Origin: Phycisphaerales bacterium
GTDB lineage: Bacteria; Planctomycetota; Phycisphaerae; Phycisphaerales; UBA1924
Length of the DNA: 64,000 nucleotides
Direction of reading: 5' to 3'
Assembly: GCA_965228685.1 (NCBI GenBank)
Contig: CBDDIA010000001.1
Span: 549-64,548, forward strand
Shown here one piece after another: positions 9,573 through 19,404 of the stretch. The translations under genes were made by a program, and so were the position numbers. Below the pieces are notes generated by a model. The model searched no databases and was not told the origin of the DNA. It saw only the letters and a program-made list of their open reading frames with translations. The first letter of the stretch is position 1. Each line of letters opens with the position of its first letter.

Positions 9573-11522
9573 TTAGTTGCCCGAGTACAGCGCGAGCTGC
9601 CGACGCCTGAAGATCAGCGTGCCCAACCCGAAGAACACGAGTGTCACCATCCCAAGGGTTACGACCCCGTTGGTGAGTCGTCCCCACGACAGCAGCTCAC
9701 CCTCCGCGATCCGCTTGGTCGGGCGGAGCTCGTTGTAGACCGTGAACACCGAGCTCACATTATCCGCGAGGTGGTAGATGATGGTCCTGTACAACGACGG
9801 GTCCCCTTCGACATTGGTCTTGCCCCACCCGGGAAGGGCTCCCTGAACGAACCCGGAGGTTTCGCCCATGAAGAACAGCCCGCCCGCGATCAGGCACGCG
9901 ACGGGGAAACTCGCGAAGGTCGACGCCCAGACCGCGAGCATCGCCAGCAGCGCGAGCTTCACCCAGAGTACGAAGTACACGCGGAAGAAGTTCGCCCGAT
10001 AGCTGCCCACCGAGTATGACACCTCGAGCCCGTCCGGTGGGATCGTGAATGTATTGACATTGCCCTGGAACCGGTACTCCAGATCACCGTCGGCGATGAG
10101 CTGCCCGTTGTAGATCTGCATCCTGAGCACGCCCTGATTATCGATCACATGCGAGGGGATCTGCATGCTGTGCGAGAACCCGAGACCCGTGCGCCGAGGC
10201 GGGAGGATGGTGCCATCCGGGAACACGAAGGTCAGGATGTAGGTGATGTCCGGGCGGTTGCCCTCTGCATCAATCTTGTACCGGAGGGTGAGAGGTAGGT
10301 TCCTCGCCTTGGCCTCACTCAGCCCGGCGAATGTAAACTCCTCGTACTGCTCCATCCGGGGATCGATCGAGAAGTACTGGGCGTACTCGTCACGGAAAAT
10401 CTGCTCACGCAGAACCGCCCGCTCGGTCGCATCAGGGTCGTAGTCCGGGTTCGATCGACGCTCATTCTCGATCTGAATCTGTACCGCCTGATCGAAGAGT
10501 TCGCTGTCGATGCTCATAGGCAAGACCGGCGTGCGCGCGACGCGGGCCGCGAGGATCTCGGACTCGAGCTTGAGCCGATCCTCCGTGAGCTCGGACCCGT
10601 CCAACGCGACGAATGGGCTCAGCTCGCCCTGCGCGGGTTGATTGCGGAGGAACTCGGTGAACTGGATCACCCCCAGCGCCGAGACCCCGAGCAGGATCGC
10701 CGCGAGCAACGAAACACCCAGCCACTTCCCGAGAAGGTACTGCCATGCCGCAACGGGCTTGGTCATGGTCTGCCAGATCACCTTCTCGCGTTGTTCATAA
10801 GAAACCGTCGCGGCCCCGAAGAACACGACGAGCAACGCAGTGAACAGGTAGGTAAACCCGGTTGAGTACTGCAGGAACCCCTGGACCCGGTAGCGCAACG
10901 ACTCGTCGCCCTCAAGCACCATCGGGAGGGTGGCGAGCGCGAAGAAGAGCAGCACGATGAGAACCATCGAGATCTTCATCCGCACCGCCTCGGCGAGCAC
11001 ATTGCGTGCGATCGTGAACACGGGGTGGGCGTACCCGAGCGCGAGCACCGCCGCCCGCATCAAGAGCATAAAGATCAGCGCGAGCGAGGTCATCCCCAGC
11101 GCGATCCCGCCCGTCACGGGGAAACCGAACCGTTGCCCCGCGAGGAAGATCAGGAATCCGAGCAACGCCAGGAACGGGTAGACGATCCCGAGATTCAACC
11201 ACACCACAAGGATGAGCACCATCCCGCCGGTGATCGACGCGTACAGGATGATGGTGCTCGGGTCGGCGTTGTTGATGATCTCCTTGATCTGCCTCGCACG
11301 CTCGATGTCTGGGTTGGGGATCATGTCGCCAAGGACATTCTCAACCTCGGCAGGCATCGCCGCGATACGCGCGTCGAACTGATCTGACGCGGGTTGCTCG
11401 CCGAAGATCGCGTACCCCGCAAGGATCACCATCGCCACAAGGATAACGACGCTCATCGCGATCTTGAACCCGCGATGACGCTGCACGCGATCGAGCTGGG
11501 AGAGTCGTTGCTGGAAACTCAC
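9573..11522 (-). CDS. ABC-2-type transporter permease with large extracytoplasmic domain
   Basis: 649 aa with multiple hydrophobic helices at both ends and a ~250-aa soluble insert. The start overlaps the stop of the upstream ABC ATPase by 4 nt (ATGA at 11519-11522), implying translational coupling. Confidence 0.6.
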   Translation of the reverse strand: MSFQQRLSQLDRVQRHRGFKIAMSVVILVAMVILAGYAIFGEQPASDQFDARIAAMPAEVENVLGDMIPNPDIERARQIKEIINNADPSTIILYASITGGMVLILVVWLNLGIVYPFLALLGFLIFLAGQRFGFPVTGGIALGMTSLALIFMLLMRAAVLALGYAHPVFTIARNVLAEAVRMKISMVLIVLLFFALATLPMVLEGDESLRYRVQGFLQYSTGFTYLFTALLVVFFGAATVSYEQREKVIWQTMTKPVAAWQYLLGKWLGVSLLAAILLGVSALGVIQFTEFLRNQPAQGELSPFVALDGSELTEDRLKLESEILAARVARTPVLPMSIDSELFDQAVQIQIENERRSNPDYDPDATERAVLREQIFRDEYAQYFSIDPRMEQYEEFTFAGLSEAKARNLPLTLRYKIDAEGNRPDITYILTFVFPDGTILPPRRTGLGFSHSMQIPSHVIDNQGVLRMQIYNGQLIADGDLEYRFQGNVNTFTIPPDGLEVSYSVGSYRANFFRVYFVLWVKLALLAMLAVWASTFASFPVACLIAGGLFFMGETSGFVQGALPGWGKTNVEGDPSLYRTIIYHLADNVSSVFTVYNELRPTKRIAEGELLSWGRLTNGVVTLGMVTLVFFGLGTLIFRRRQLALYSGN

Positions 11523-12799
11523 CGCTTGTCTTCCTCGTCGCCCTGGTCTTCATCGAGCAGCGACCCAATCACGCCCAGATCGACATCCTCATCCGTGGTT
11601 GAGGCATCGGGCCCTGTTTCTGCACGCTTCGTTGTTTCCTCGGGCTGGGACTCTTGCATCAACGAACCGATAAGCGATTCGTCCTCGCCTTCGGGTTCCT
11701 TGCCCTCATCGGAAGGCGCGATCTCGCTCGCGCGATCTGCGCCGGTGTCGGGCATGGTGGTCTCTTCGACCTGATCCTCAAGCAGCGACTCGATCAGCGA
11801 TTCGCCTTGGCGTTTCTCTTCTTCGAGCTCCGCGCGGAGGAATGCCGCCGTGGCACCGCCCTGCATCGCGCCCGAGGTGCTCGCCTTGTCCTGCTGGGCA
11901 CGCTCGACGATCCCGAGGAACAACTCCTCGAGGCGTTGGCGCGGGGCGCTGACGCCTCGGATGGATTTCTCGCCTCCGGTTCGACGCCGGATGACCTCGT
12001 CGATCTCTGCGATGGTCTGCTCATCGAGCTCGTCCGTCTCAATGATCGTCCGTTCCTTGCTCGAGAGCAGCTCATCGCAGGTGCCCTCACCGCGGATTTT
12101 ACCGCCGTATAGGATGACCATGCGATCCACGACATCCTCGACATCGCTCAGGAGATGGCTCGAGAGGATGATGGTCTTGCCGCGTCGCCCGAGCTCGATG
12201 ATCAGGTCCTTGACCTGGCGTGTGCCGATCGGGTCGAGCCCCGTCGTGGGTTCGTCAAGGATCAGCAGGTCCGGATCGTTGATCAGCGCCTGCGCGATCC
12301 CGATGCGCCGCTGCATGCCCTTGGAGTACTCACGGACAGGGCGGAACTGCGCGTGCTCAAGACCCACCATGTGCAAGAGCTCGTCGATGCGTGCCTTGCG
12401 GGTCTTGGTATCGAGCCCGAAGAGCTTGGCGTAGTAATCGAGCGTCTCACGCGCATTGAGGAACGGGTACAGGTAGCTCTCCTCGGGGAGGTACCCGATC
12501 CGGTTCTTGATCGCGACATCCGTCGGCGGCTTCCCGAACACCATCACACGCCCGCTCGTGGGCTTGAGCAACCCCAGGATGAGCTTGATCGTCGTGCTCT
12601 TGCCCGACCCGTTGGGTCCGAGGAGCCCGAAGACCTCACGCTCGTTGATGACGAGATCGAGCTTATCGACCGCGCGGGCGCGATCACGCATCCAGAAGTC
12701 CTTGAAGACCTTGGACAGCTGCTGGCACCCAACCACCGCTCGGGGGTTGGATGCGGGTGTGCTTTGCGGATTGCTCGTGCTCGCTTTGACCTGGGTCAT
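11519..12799 (-). CDS. ABC transporter ATP-binding protein (ABC-2/NatA/GldA-like) with ~125-aa acidic repeat tail
   Basis: Walker A LLGPNGSGKSTTIK, signature YSKGMQRRIGIAQAL, Walker B LLILDEPTTGLD, H-loop ILSSHLL. The C-terminal 125 aa are Asp/Glu-rich with three copies of an SLIxSLLxE-like motif. Confidence 0.9.
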   Translation of the reverse strand: MTQVKASTSNPQSTPASNPRAVVGCQQLSKVFKDFWMRDRARAVDKLDLVINEREVFGLLGPNGSGKSTTIKLILGLLKPTSGRVMVFGKPPTDVAIKNRIGYLPEESYLYPFLNARETLDYYAKLFGLDTKTRKARIDELLHMVGLEHAQFRPVREYSKGMQRRIGIAQALINDPDLLILDEPTTGLDPIGTRQVKDLIIELGRRGKTIILSSHLLSDVEDVVDRMVILYGGKIRGEGTCDELLSSKERTIIETDELDEQTIAEIDEVIRRRTGGEKSIRGVSAPRQRLEELFLGIVERAQQDKASTSGAMQGGATAAFLRAELEEEKRQGESLIESLLEDQVEETTMPDTGADRASEIAPSDEGKEPEGEDESLIGSLMQESQPEETTKRAETGPDASTTDEDVDLGVIGSLLDEDQGDEEDKR

Positions 12800-14275
12800 T
12801 TACTCTGCGTCCTCCGCCTGGATCCCGCGCTGGGTCCTGTAGAAATCTCGTGTCGCCTCTTCGCGTCGGCGTTGTTGCTGCTCGACCGCTTCGGCGCGAC
12901 GCTGCTCGCGGATGCGTTCCTCTTCCCAATCCTGATCCGGGTTGAGGATCAGCTCCGCGTCACGCCCTTCCGGGAGGTACATTGTGGAAACGAAGTCCTT
13001 GTTGAGGAAGGCCGCCATCGCCGCGGACCAGTCGCGTGCGATCATGAGGGTCGGGTTCGCCTCGAACTGGGCCTGCTTGGCTCGGAACTGCTCGAGGTCC
13101 GCGATCGCACGGGACACGCGTGAGGACGCTTGGGCCTGCGCGTTCTTGAGGATCTCGGAGACCTCCCCCGACACGAGCGAAATCGTGGACTGACCGTTCC
13201 AGTTCACCTCGCCGCCCATGAGCACCATGTCGATCTGAGCAAGGAGTGCTTCGGATTCTTCGATCTCGCCGAGCTCGGTGAGTCGTTCGTACTCGTTGAT
13301 CATCTCGATTAGCACGCCGGAGGCACGCCCGGCGACCTCGTTGAGCATCTGCTCACGCAGGAGCAACGCCCCCTCGCGTTCCTTGCCCGCGTTCTGGGCG
13401 GCAGACTGCACCGATGCAAACTGGTTGGACAGATACAGCGGCGGGCTCTTGCGCACGATCACCACGCGATCGATCGTGATCCCGGTCTCGATGTCATCGA
13501 GCGAGCGCTGGGCGATCACCCGGATCCGTTCGCCGATCGTTTCTGCGGATGTCTTGAGCAGATCATCGATCGTGGTCTCGGCCATGGTGTGCACCACTGC
13601 ACGACGAACGATCAGACGCACAAGGTTTTCCTCGTCTCGTTGCGAGCTGATATTCTGCACATACTCGCGATGATCCGAGCGATGGTAGTTCACGCGGAAC
13701 TGCGCGTGGGCGATGTTCTGATCCGCGGTGATGATCATCGAATCCTCGCCCGGGTTCAGACGCCCGAGCGACTTGAAGGACCCGAGATCCGTGTTCAGCA
13801 GGTCGTTCTCACTCAGCCCACCCGCTCTTGAGGGCATGAAGTCACGACCCATCGGGATCTCGACCGCGCCGGCACCGACACGAATCATCTCCCCGATCGG
13901 GTAGGGCGCCGTGAAGTGCGCCCCGGGCTCGATGTTGGTCTCGGTGGGTTTGCCCAGGAAGACCTTGATGCCACGCTCGCCCTCGTTGATCCGCTGGACC
14001 CCCGAGAAGAAGAACAGGACCACCAGGACGACCATGCCGAACTGGAGGAAGACATAAGTGATCTTCAGGGCGTCGGCGAGCGATTGGTTCGCCGCGTCCA
14101 TCCGCGCCCGGTTGTTCGTGTGCGCGCTCGTGGAGCGCCGATCGAAACGCACGGAGGCGCTGCGTCCGGATATGAGCCCGGGCTCAGGCACGGACTCGGC
14201 ACCGGATTCGTCGAGATCATCACCCAGGACAGGATCGGTAGGCACGGGCTGATCGTGTTCGTGAGGGTCGCTCAT
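12800..14275 (-). CDS. SPFH/band-7 domain protein, HflK-like
   Basis: 491 aa. Single TM (ITYVFLQFGMVVLVVLFFFSGV) followed by an SPFH core (ERGIKVFLGKPTETNIEPGAHFTAPYPIGE ... IITADQNIAHAQFRVNY) and a long coiled-coil C-terminus. Its stop codon abuts the ATPase start (TAA then ATG with 0-nt gap). Confidence 0.75.
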   Translation of the reverse strand: MSDPHEHDQPVPTDPVLGDDLDESGAESVPEPGLISGRSASVRFDRRSTSAHTNNRARMDAANQSLADALKITYVFLQFGMVVLVVLFFFSGVQRINEGERGIKVFLGKPTETNIEPGAHFTAPYPIGEMIRVGAGAVEIPMGRDFMPSRAGGLSENDLLNTDLGSFKSLGRLNPGEDSMIITADQNIAHAQFRVNYHRSDHREYVQNISSQRDEENLVRLIVRRAVVHTMAETTIDDLLKTSAETIGERIRVIAQRSLDDIETGITIDRVVIVRKSPPLYLSNQFASVQSAAQNAGKEREGALLLREQMLNEVAGRASGVLIEMINEYERLTELGEIEESEALLAQIDMVLMGGEVNWNGQSTISLVSGEVSEILKNAQAQASSRVSRAIADLEQFRAKQAQFEANPTLMIARDWSAAMAAFLNKDFVSTMYLPEGRDAELILNPDQDWEEERIREQRRAEAVEQQQRRREEATRDFYRTQRGIQAEDAE

Positions 14276-14278
14276 GGA

Positions 14279-15316
14279 TCAGTCCTCCGCCCCGCCGGTG
14301 TTCTGTTGACGCGCCTCGGGCGTGGGGATCTCGCCGTCAGAAATCTTGAGGATCTCGGGGTCGAACAGCTGCATCCCGTAATCCGAGGTCGAGAAGATCA
14401 GGGTGAACTTCTTGGCCATCGATTCACGCATGAGCTTGATGTTCTGGATGAAGACCGCGAGCTCGGGGTTGATGTTCTGCTGGGCAAGGTAGGGCGCTGC
14501 CTCTTCCTCACCCTTCGCGAGGATCTCGTCGGCGCGGCGCTGGGCGAACGCGCGGATCCGTTCGGCTTGGCTCGTTGCTTCTGCGTTGATCAGGCGTGCC
14601 TTGGAACGCCCCTCGGACTCGTACCGCTCCGCGAGCCGGTCGCGGTTCGCGCCCATCCGGTTGATGACCGCCCCGGTGGTTTCCTCGGGGAGCACGATGC
14701 GATCGATGCCGACGCTGATGATCTCGATCCCGTACGCGTCGAGCGATTGACCGCCCGTGCCGCCCTGGACGAGCAGCGATTGCACGGAAGACTCAAGCTC
14801 GGGGATGACGGATGCGCCCTGCTCGCTGGTGAACAGGTCTTCCATGCGGTACTGGCTCGTCTCACCCAGCGCACTGCGGAGCAGGTCACGCAGGACATCG
14901 TTCTCCGCCTTCGCGTAATGCTCCTGGGCACGATCGCCCGCGTTGGAGAAGCTGCGGAAGAACTTGAGCGGGTCCGACACGCGATAGAACAGGTACGACT
15001 CGACGATGATCTGGAAATCGTCCGCCGTCTGCACCGTCTCTGAGCGGGTCTGCACAAGACGGATCCGCTTGTCGTACTTCGTGACGCTCTGGAACGGGTA
15101 GGGTGCTTTGAAGTGCAGCCCGGGCTCGTCCACGATCGAGTTGTCGTTCGCGCTCCCGAAGGTCGTCTTGACCCCGATCTCCGTGAAACGCACGGTATAG
15201 GTCGCGCTAAACGCAATCAGCATCAGGATAAAGATGACCGCGAAGAGGGGGATGAACATTGATTTGAGCTTCAACACGGCTCGTTCTCCATTGTCGCACT
15301 GCTCGGCGAGGATCAC
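14279..15316 (-). CDS. SPFH/band-7 domain protein, HflC-like
   Basis: 345 aa. TM (MFIPLFAVIFILMLIAFSATY), then FTEIGVKTTFG...EPGLHFKAPYPFQSVTKYDKRI...TADDFQIIVESYLFYRVSDPLKF. It ends 3 nt upstream of the HflK-like gene. The start is uncertain (GTG 15316 or ATG 15259). Confidence 0.8.
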   Translation of the reverse strand: MILAEQCDNGERAVLKLKSMFIPLFAVIFILMLIAFSATYTVRFTEIGVKTTFGSANDNSIVDEPGLHFKAPYPFQSVTKYDKRIRLVQTRSETVQTADDFQIIVESYLFYRVSDPLKFFRSFSNAGDRAQEHYAKAENDVLRDLLRSALGETSQYRMEDLFTSEQGASVIPELESSVQSLLVQGGTGGQSLDAYGIEIISVGIDRIVLPEETTGAVINRMGANRDRLAERYESEGRSKARLINAEATSQAERIRAFAQRRADEILAKGEEEAAPYLAQQNINPELAVFIQNIKLMRESMAKKFTLIFSTSDYGMQLFDPEILKISDGEIPTPEARQQNTGGAED

Positions 15317-15363
15317 ACGCTCCGGGTGATCGCCCGGGCATTCATCACAAGGGGACTGGGTTG

Positions 15364-17490
15364 TTACTGAAGATCGGCGCCGCGTTCAGCATCGAACACG
15401 GTCGTCCCGGCCTTCTTATCCTGAAGTTCAAGGCGGATCTTGAGCGACTCGAGCTCCCCGGGTGTCAGGTACACCCGCGATTCTCGCATCGCGACAAGCA
15501 ACGCCTCGAAGTACATGTTGCTCCGGTACAGCTCCGGGGACGCGAGGTACGCCGCCTGCTGCCCTTGCAGCAGACTCGCGAGCCCGCGCTCGCTCATATG
15601 ACGCACCCACCGGTTCGCGCTGGCGCTGAGGATGAGCTCGCCCGCTTCGCCGCCTGCCCGTTCCAGCAGGCGCTGAACCTCGAGCTCGGCCTCGATAAAT
15701 GCGTCGGACTCGTTGCCCTCGCTTCGACGCAAGGCCTCGAGCACGACGAGCTTGGCGCTGATCTCCTCCGCAAGCTCGACCGAGCCCGCGATATCTGCGA
15801 GCATCGCGATCTGCTCTTTCCGCGCAAACTCGATCACCGACTCACGGTTCTGACGCGCGGAGATCACACGCTCGAAGGACGGCGCGACCTTGGTCGGCGG
15901 GTGCACGCCGTTGACCCCGACGAACAGGATCTCGATCCCGGCACCCTGCCCGTCGTTGAGCTGGGCGTACGCGTCTGTCAGTCGCTGCTTGAGTTCCGCA
16001 GGCATCGTGGTCCGATTTGTCGCGAGCACCTCGTCGATCGCAAGCTCACCCAGGTACTGCGTCACCACACGACGCCCGACCTGTAGCAGGACCTGATCAC
16101 GCTGACCCGGGGCTGCGAACTGATCGTACAGCTTCACATTGCGGACCACGAAATGCATGGGCACCTCAGCCGCTACCAGCGAGAGCTCTGCGACGCTGCT
16201 CGCTGCTTCATCGCTCGCGCGCGCTTCGATCTCTGGGTTCCGCTCGGGCTGGACGATGTTGAGACGCTCGCCTCGGGTGTGATTCTCTGTCCAGAGAATG
16301 ATGTTCTTGTCATCTTCGGGCGGGTTCGATGCAAGATGCAGCACACGCACACCGGTTGTGGTTCGGACTTCCTGATCGCCTCGCCCGACGGAGACCGGGG
16401 TCTCGTAAGTTGAGAACGGCCAGGGCCATTTCACATGCAGCCCCGGGCCGACATCGCCCTCACCCTTCTCACCGAAGCTGAACAATGGCTCGGAGATTAC
16501 GCCGTTGGTAAGAATCAACCCACGCTCGTGGGGCTCGACAACGACCATGGACGACATCAGCCACCCGATCCCGACCGCGATCGCGATCAGCGCGACGATC
16601 CACTTGCTCAGGAGCTGGTAAAACCACGAGCTCGTGACATCGATCCCGAACTGGTAGTTGACCGCTTCGCCGACATTCTCCGCGATCCGATCCGGTGCCG
16701 CGAGCAGACTCAAGAACCGCGAGTCAAACGCTGGTCGGGGTAGCTCGCCGGGCTTGCGGGGGCGGTACAGATCGAGCAGGAAGTTGAGGATGATCTCGAC
16801 GCCGTAAGCCATCATCCCGACCGAGATAATGTACGGGCCGTAGTTCACAAGGAAATCGATACCCAGCGCGAGCTGAAGGAACCCGCCGATCGCGAGCACC
16901 AGACCCACGAGCGCCGCCGCGACCGAGGTCGTCGCACCCGCTCGCAGGTTCGTCCACGCGTCGACCTTGGCCATGCCCGAAACGAACCGAGCGAAGACGA
17001 ACCCGACCACCGCGATCGAGATCCCGATCGCGAGCGCCCAACCGGGCTTGCTCGTTGTGTTCAGATCTCCGGGCTCGATCCCGCTGAACGCGCCGAACCC
17101 GAACCAGATCGTGATCAGCGCGAGCAGCAGACCCGTGCCTGGCACGATCCATTTATACATGAACGCGAGACGACGCGCCGCAACGCGGAGCTCGTCGTTG
17201 CTGTTCTCGAACGCGCTGGCTGCTGCGGCGCCGGACACCGCGAGCTGCTCGGCTTCCATCGCCTCGATCCGCTCGCGCCGGTGCTGATCAAAGACCAGAA
17301 GCAGCACACCCCAGACGAGGACCCCGCTGAGCAGGAACACCGTTCCCGCAGCCGCGCTGTCATCGCCTGAGGCCTGGGTATAGAAGAAGATCGTCAGGGT
17401 CAGCACGAGCTGGATAACCAGCCCGATGATGGCCGTGTTTGCCGCCTTGCGGTAAGTCAGATAGTCGCCCTGATTCATTGGGTGCGTCAT
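15364..17490 (-). CDS. Polytopic membrane protein (about 7 TM) fused to a C-terminal SPFH/band-7 domain
   Basis: ORF 15364..17580, with probable start MTHPMNQGDY at 17490. The N-terminal ~330 aa contain repeated hydrophobic helices. The C-terminal half has an SPFH-like core (ERGLILTNGVISEP...GPGLHVKWPWPFSTYETP...NIILWTENH...VPMHFVVRNVKLY). Confidence 0.7.
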   Translation of the reverse strand: MTHPMNQGDYLTYRKAANTAIIGLVIQLVLTLTIFFYTQASGDDSAAAGTVFLLSGVLVWGVLLLVFDQHRRERIEAMEAEQLAVSGAAAASAFENSNDELRVAARRLAFMYKWIVPGTGLLLALITIWFGFGAFSGIEPGDLNTTSKPGWALAIGISIAVVGFVFARFVSGMAKVDAWTNLRAGATTSVAAALVGLVLAIGGFLQLALGIDFLVNYGPYIISVGMMAYGVEIILNFLLDLYRPRKPGELPRPAFDSRFLSLLAAPDRIAENVGEAVNYQFGIDVTSSWFYQLLSKWIVALIAIAVGIGWLMSSMVVVEPHERGLILTNGVISEPLFSFGEKGEGDVGPGLHVKWPWPFSTYETPVSVGRGDQEVRTTTGVRVLHLASNPPEDDKNIILWTENHTRGERLNIVQPERNPEIEARASDEAASSVAELSLVAAEVPMHFVVRNVKLYDQFAAPGQRDQVLLQVGRRVVTQYLGELAIDEVLATNRTTMPAELKQRLTDAYAQLNDGQGAGIEILFVGVNGVHPPTKVAPSFERVISARQNRESVIEFARKEQIAMLADIAGSVELAEEISAKLVVLEALRRSEGNESDAFIEAELEVQRLLERAGGEAGELILSASANRWVRHMSERGLASLLQGQQAAYLASPELYRSNMYFEALLVAMRESRVYLTPGELESLKIRLELQDKKAGTTVFDAERGADLQ

Positions 17491-17879
17491 CCTCTGTCTT
17501 GATCGCGTGCTGTGCCCGCGAGCACTCGTCGCATGTCGGGTATCCGGTATCGCGCCTCGCGCGTCACCCCGTGCCCACACGCCGGGGTGGTGATACTAGG
17601 TGCATCAGTCGCATAAGTGGCAATCAACGCCCCGAACGCGGTTTCCTCGCCCCGATCGCGTCCCCAGCGATCCATCGGCGTGCGTGCAATGCCCCACCCT
17701 ACGATCACACACACGCAACGGTTCACACCCCACCGATCAGAATCTTCAACTTTCTCCAGACCCCCACCGAACCGATCACGCACAGACGCGTAGCACCAAC
17801 CGCAGCGTCCCCACATCCAGAACCATGCGCAGACCCTGCGCCCCCACACACGCCGCAAGCCACCCTATCATCCGCGTCC

Positions 17880-19397
17880 ATGATCACGACAGTCATACCA
17901 ATTGCCCGTAACGCGCTCAAAGAGAGCATCCGTCAGCCGGTGTTCTTTGTGATGCTCCTGCTCGCGGCCTTCATCCAGCTGCTCAACACCTGGGTCGTCG
18001 GGTTCACTATGGGCGCTTCCAATGTGCCCGGCGAGGTCACCGCCGATGACAAAATGCTCCTCGATGTCTCCATGGGAGGCATCTTCCTGCTCGGGATCAT
18101 CCTCGCCGCGTTCATCTCCACCGCGGCGATATCCCGCGAGATCGACAACAAAACCGTCCTCACAGTGGTTTCCAAGCCCATCTCCCGCACGAGCGTGATC
18201 CTGGGCAAGTTCCTGGGAATTTCGGTCGCGATGCTCGTCGCGATTCTGATCATGGTCGCGTACCTGCTCTTCGGGATCCGTCACGGGATCCTCTCGACCG
18301 CTGCCGATGACCCGGTCTGGCCCGTCATCCTCTTCTCCGTGGGCTCGATCTTCCTCTCCGTCTTGCTTGGGGCGCTGGGGAACTTCGCCTATGGATGGTC
18401 GTTCGGGCAGACCGCTGCACTCACCCTCTTGCCCCTGCTCTGGATCGGGTACGGCGCCTCGTTGTTCATCGATGAGGACTGGGCCCTGATGGACCCGAGC
18501 GAGAACTTCAAGCCGCAAATCATGCTCGCGTGCGCGTGCCTGGGTATGGCGCTGATGGTCATGACCTCGATCGCCACCGCGATCTCCACCCGGTTCGGGC
18601 AGGTCGTCACGATCGTGCTGTGCGCGGGGATCTTCATGATCGGGCTGCTCTCGAACTACTGGTTCGGGCGCGGGATCTTCGAGAACCAGCGCTTTGGGCA
18701 GGTCGCCGTCACCGAATCCCCGACCAACCTCGATCTCTACGACTTCTTCAACGATCAGGTGTGGGATCTCGCGGCGGCGCGAAACAACATGGAACTCGAA
18801 GAGTTCATCGAGGCCGGTTTCGACCCGCGCCGGTATGTGACACTCACCGAGTTGTTGAGCTTCGATCAGGAGCCGCTCAAGGACGATTCCTACTTCAACC
18901 AGGTGATGCTCCGCGAGCCCGGGTCGGTCCTGTACATCACGATGCTCGGCCCACCCCGCGAGGACATCCAGATCGGTGATCCGGTCTACTACGGCTCGAC
19001 CCCCTCGGGTGTTGGGATGATCACCCCCGAGTTCGCGCCCCTCGAGCCCGGCACGCCCCTCGAGAAGGACGCCCGCGACGAGCCCGGACTGTTCATCGTG
19101 GACATGGACGCGACACGCATCGCATTGATGCAGATCGGACGCGACGCGGTCCCGTTGTCACGCCCCCCACTCCCGGGCGACTCACTCTTCCGTCAGCGGA
19201 CGATCACCCACCCCGTCCCGCTCGCCATCTGGTCCGTCGTCCCCAACATGCAATCATTCTGGCTGCTGGATGCGATCACCCAGAACCAGCCGATCCCGCT
19301 CACGCATGTGTTTCTCGTGTACGCGTACGGGCTCTGCCAGATTGTGGTGTTCCTGTCGCTGGCGGTGATCCTGTTCCAGGGTCGGGATGTGGGTTAA
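17880..19397 (+). CDS. ABC-2-type permease-like polytopic membrane protein, divergent from the SPFH-ABC operon
   Basis: ORF 17439..19397. The first 147 codons are Pro/Arg/His-rich junk overlapping the divergent gene. ATG 17880 gives MITTVIPIARNALKESIRQPVFFVMLLLAAF, the typical N-terminus of ABC-2 (NosY/GldF-like) permeases, followed by about 6 TM helices and a C-terminal soluble region plus a final TM. Confidence 0.55.
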   Translation: MITTVIPIARNALKESIRQPVFFVMLLLAAFIQLLNTWVVGFTMGASNVPGEVTADDKMLLDVSMGGIFLLGIILAAFISTAAISREIDNKTVLTVVSKPISRTSVILGKFLGISVAMLVAILIMVAYLLFGIRHGILSTAADDPVWPVILFSVGSIFLSVLLGALGNFAYGWSFGQTAALTLLPLLWIGYGASLFIDEDWALMDPSENFKPQIMLACACLGMALMVMTSIATAISTRFGQVVTIVLCAGIFMIGLLSNYWFGRGIFENQRFGQVAVTESPTNLDLYDFFNDQVWDLAAARNNMELEEFIEAGFDPRRYVTLTELLSFDQEPLKDDSYFNQVMLREPGSVLYITMLGPPREDIQIGDPVYYGSTPSGVGMITPEFAPLEPGTPLEKDARDEPGLFIVDMDATRIALMQIGRDAVPLSRPPLPGDSLFRQRTITHPVPLAIWSVVPNMQSFWLLDAITQNQPIPLTHVFLVYAYGLCQIVVFLSLAVILFQGRDVG

Positions 19398-19404
19398 ACA
19401 TCAC

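Noticed and set aside
7632-10019. 795-aa plus-strand ORF, the longest in the track
   Set aside because: It lies antisense to two minus-strand genes with coherent membrane-protein sequence. Its translation is Arg/Asp/His/Pro/Val-rich low-complexity text typical of shadow ORFs in GC-rich DNA, and it spans the intergenic gap at 9558-9572.
17439-17879. 147-codon N-terminal extension of the divergent permease ORF
   Set aside because: Pro/His/Arg/Thr-rich, and it overlaps the start of the 7TM-SPFH gene. ATG 17880 gives a typical ABC-2 permease N-terminus.
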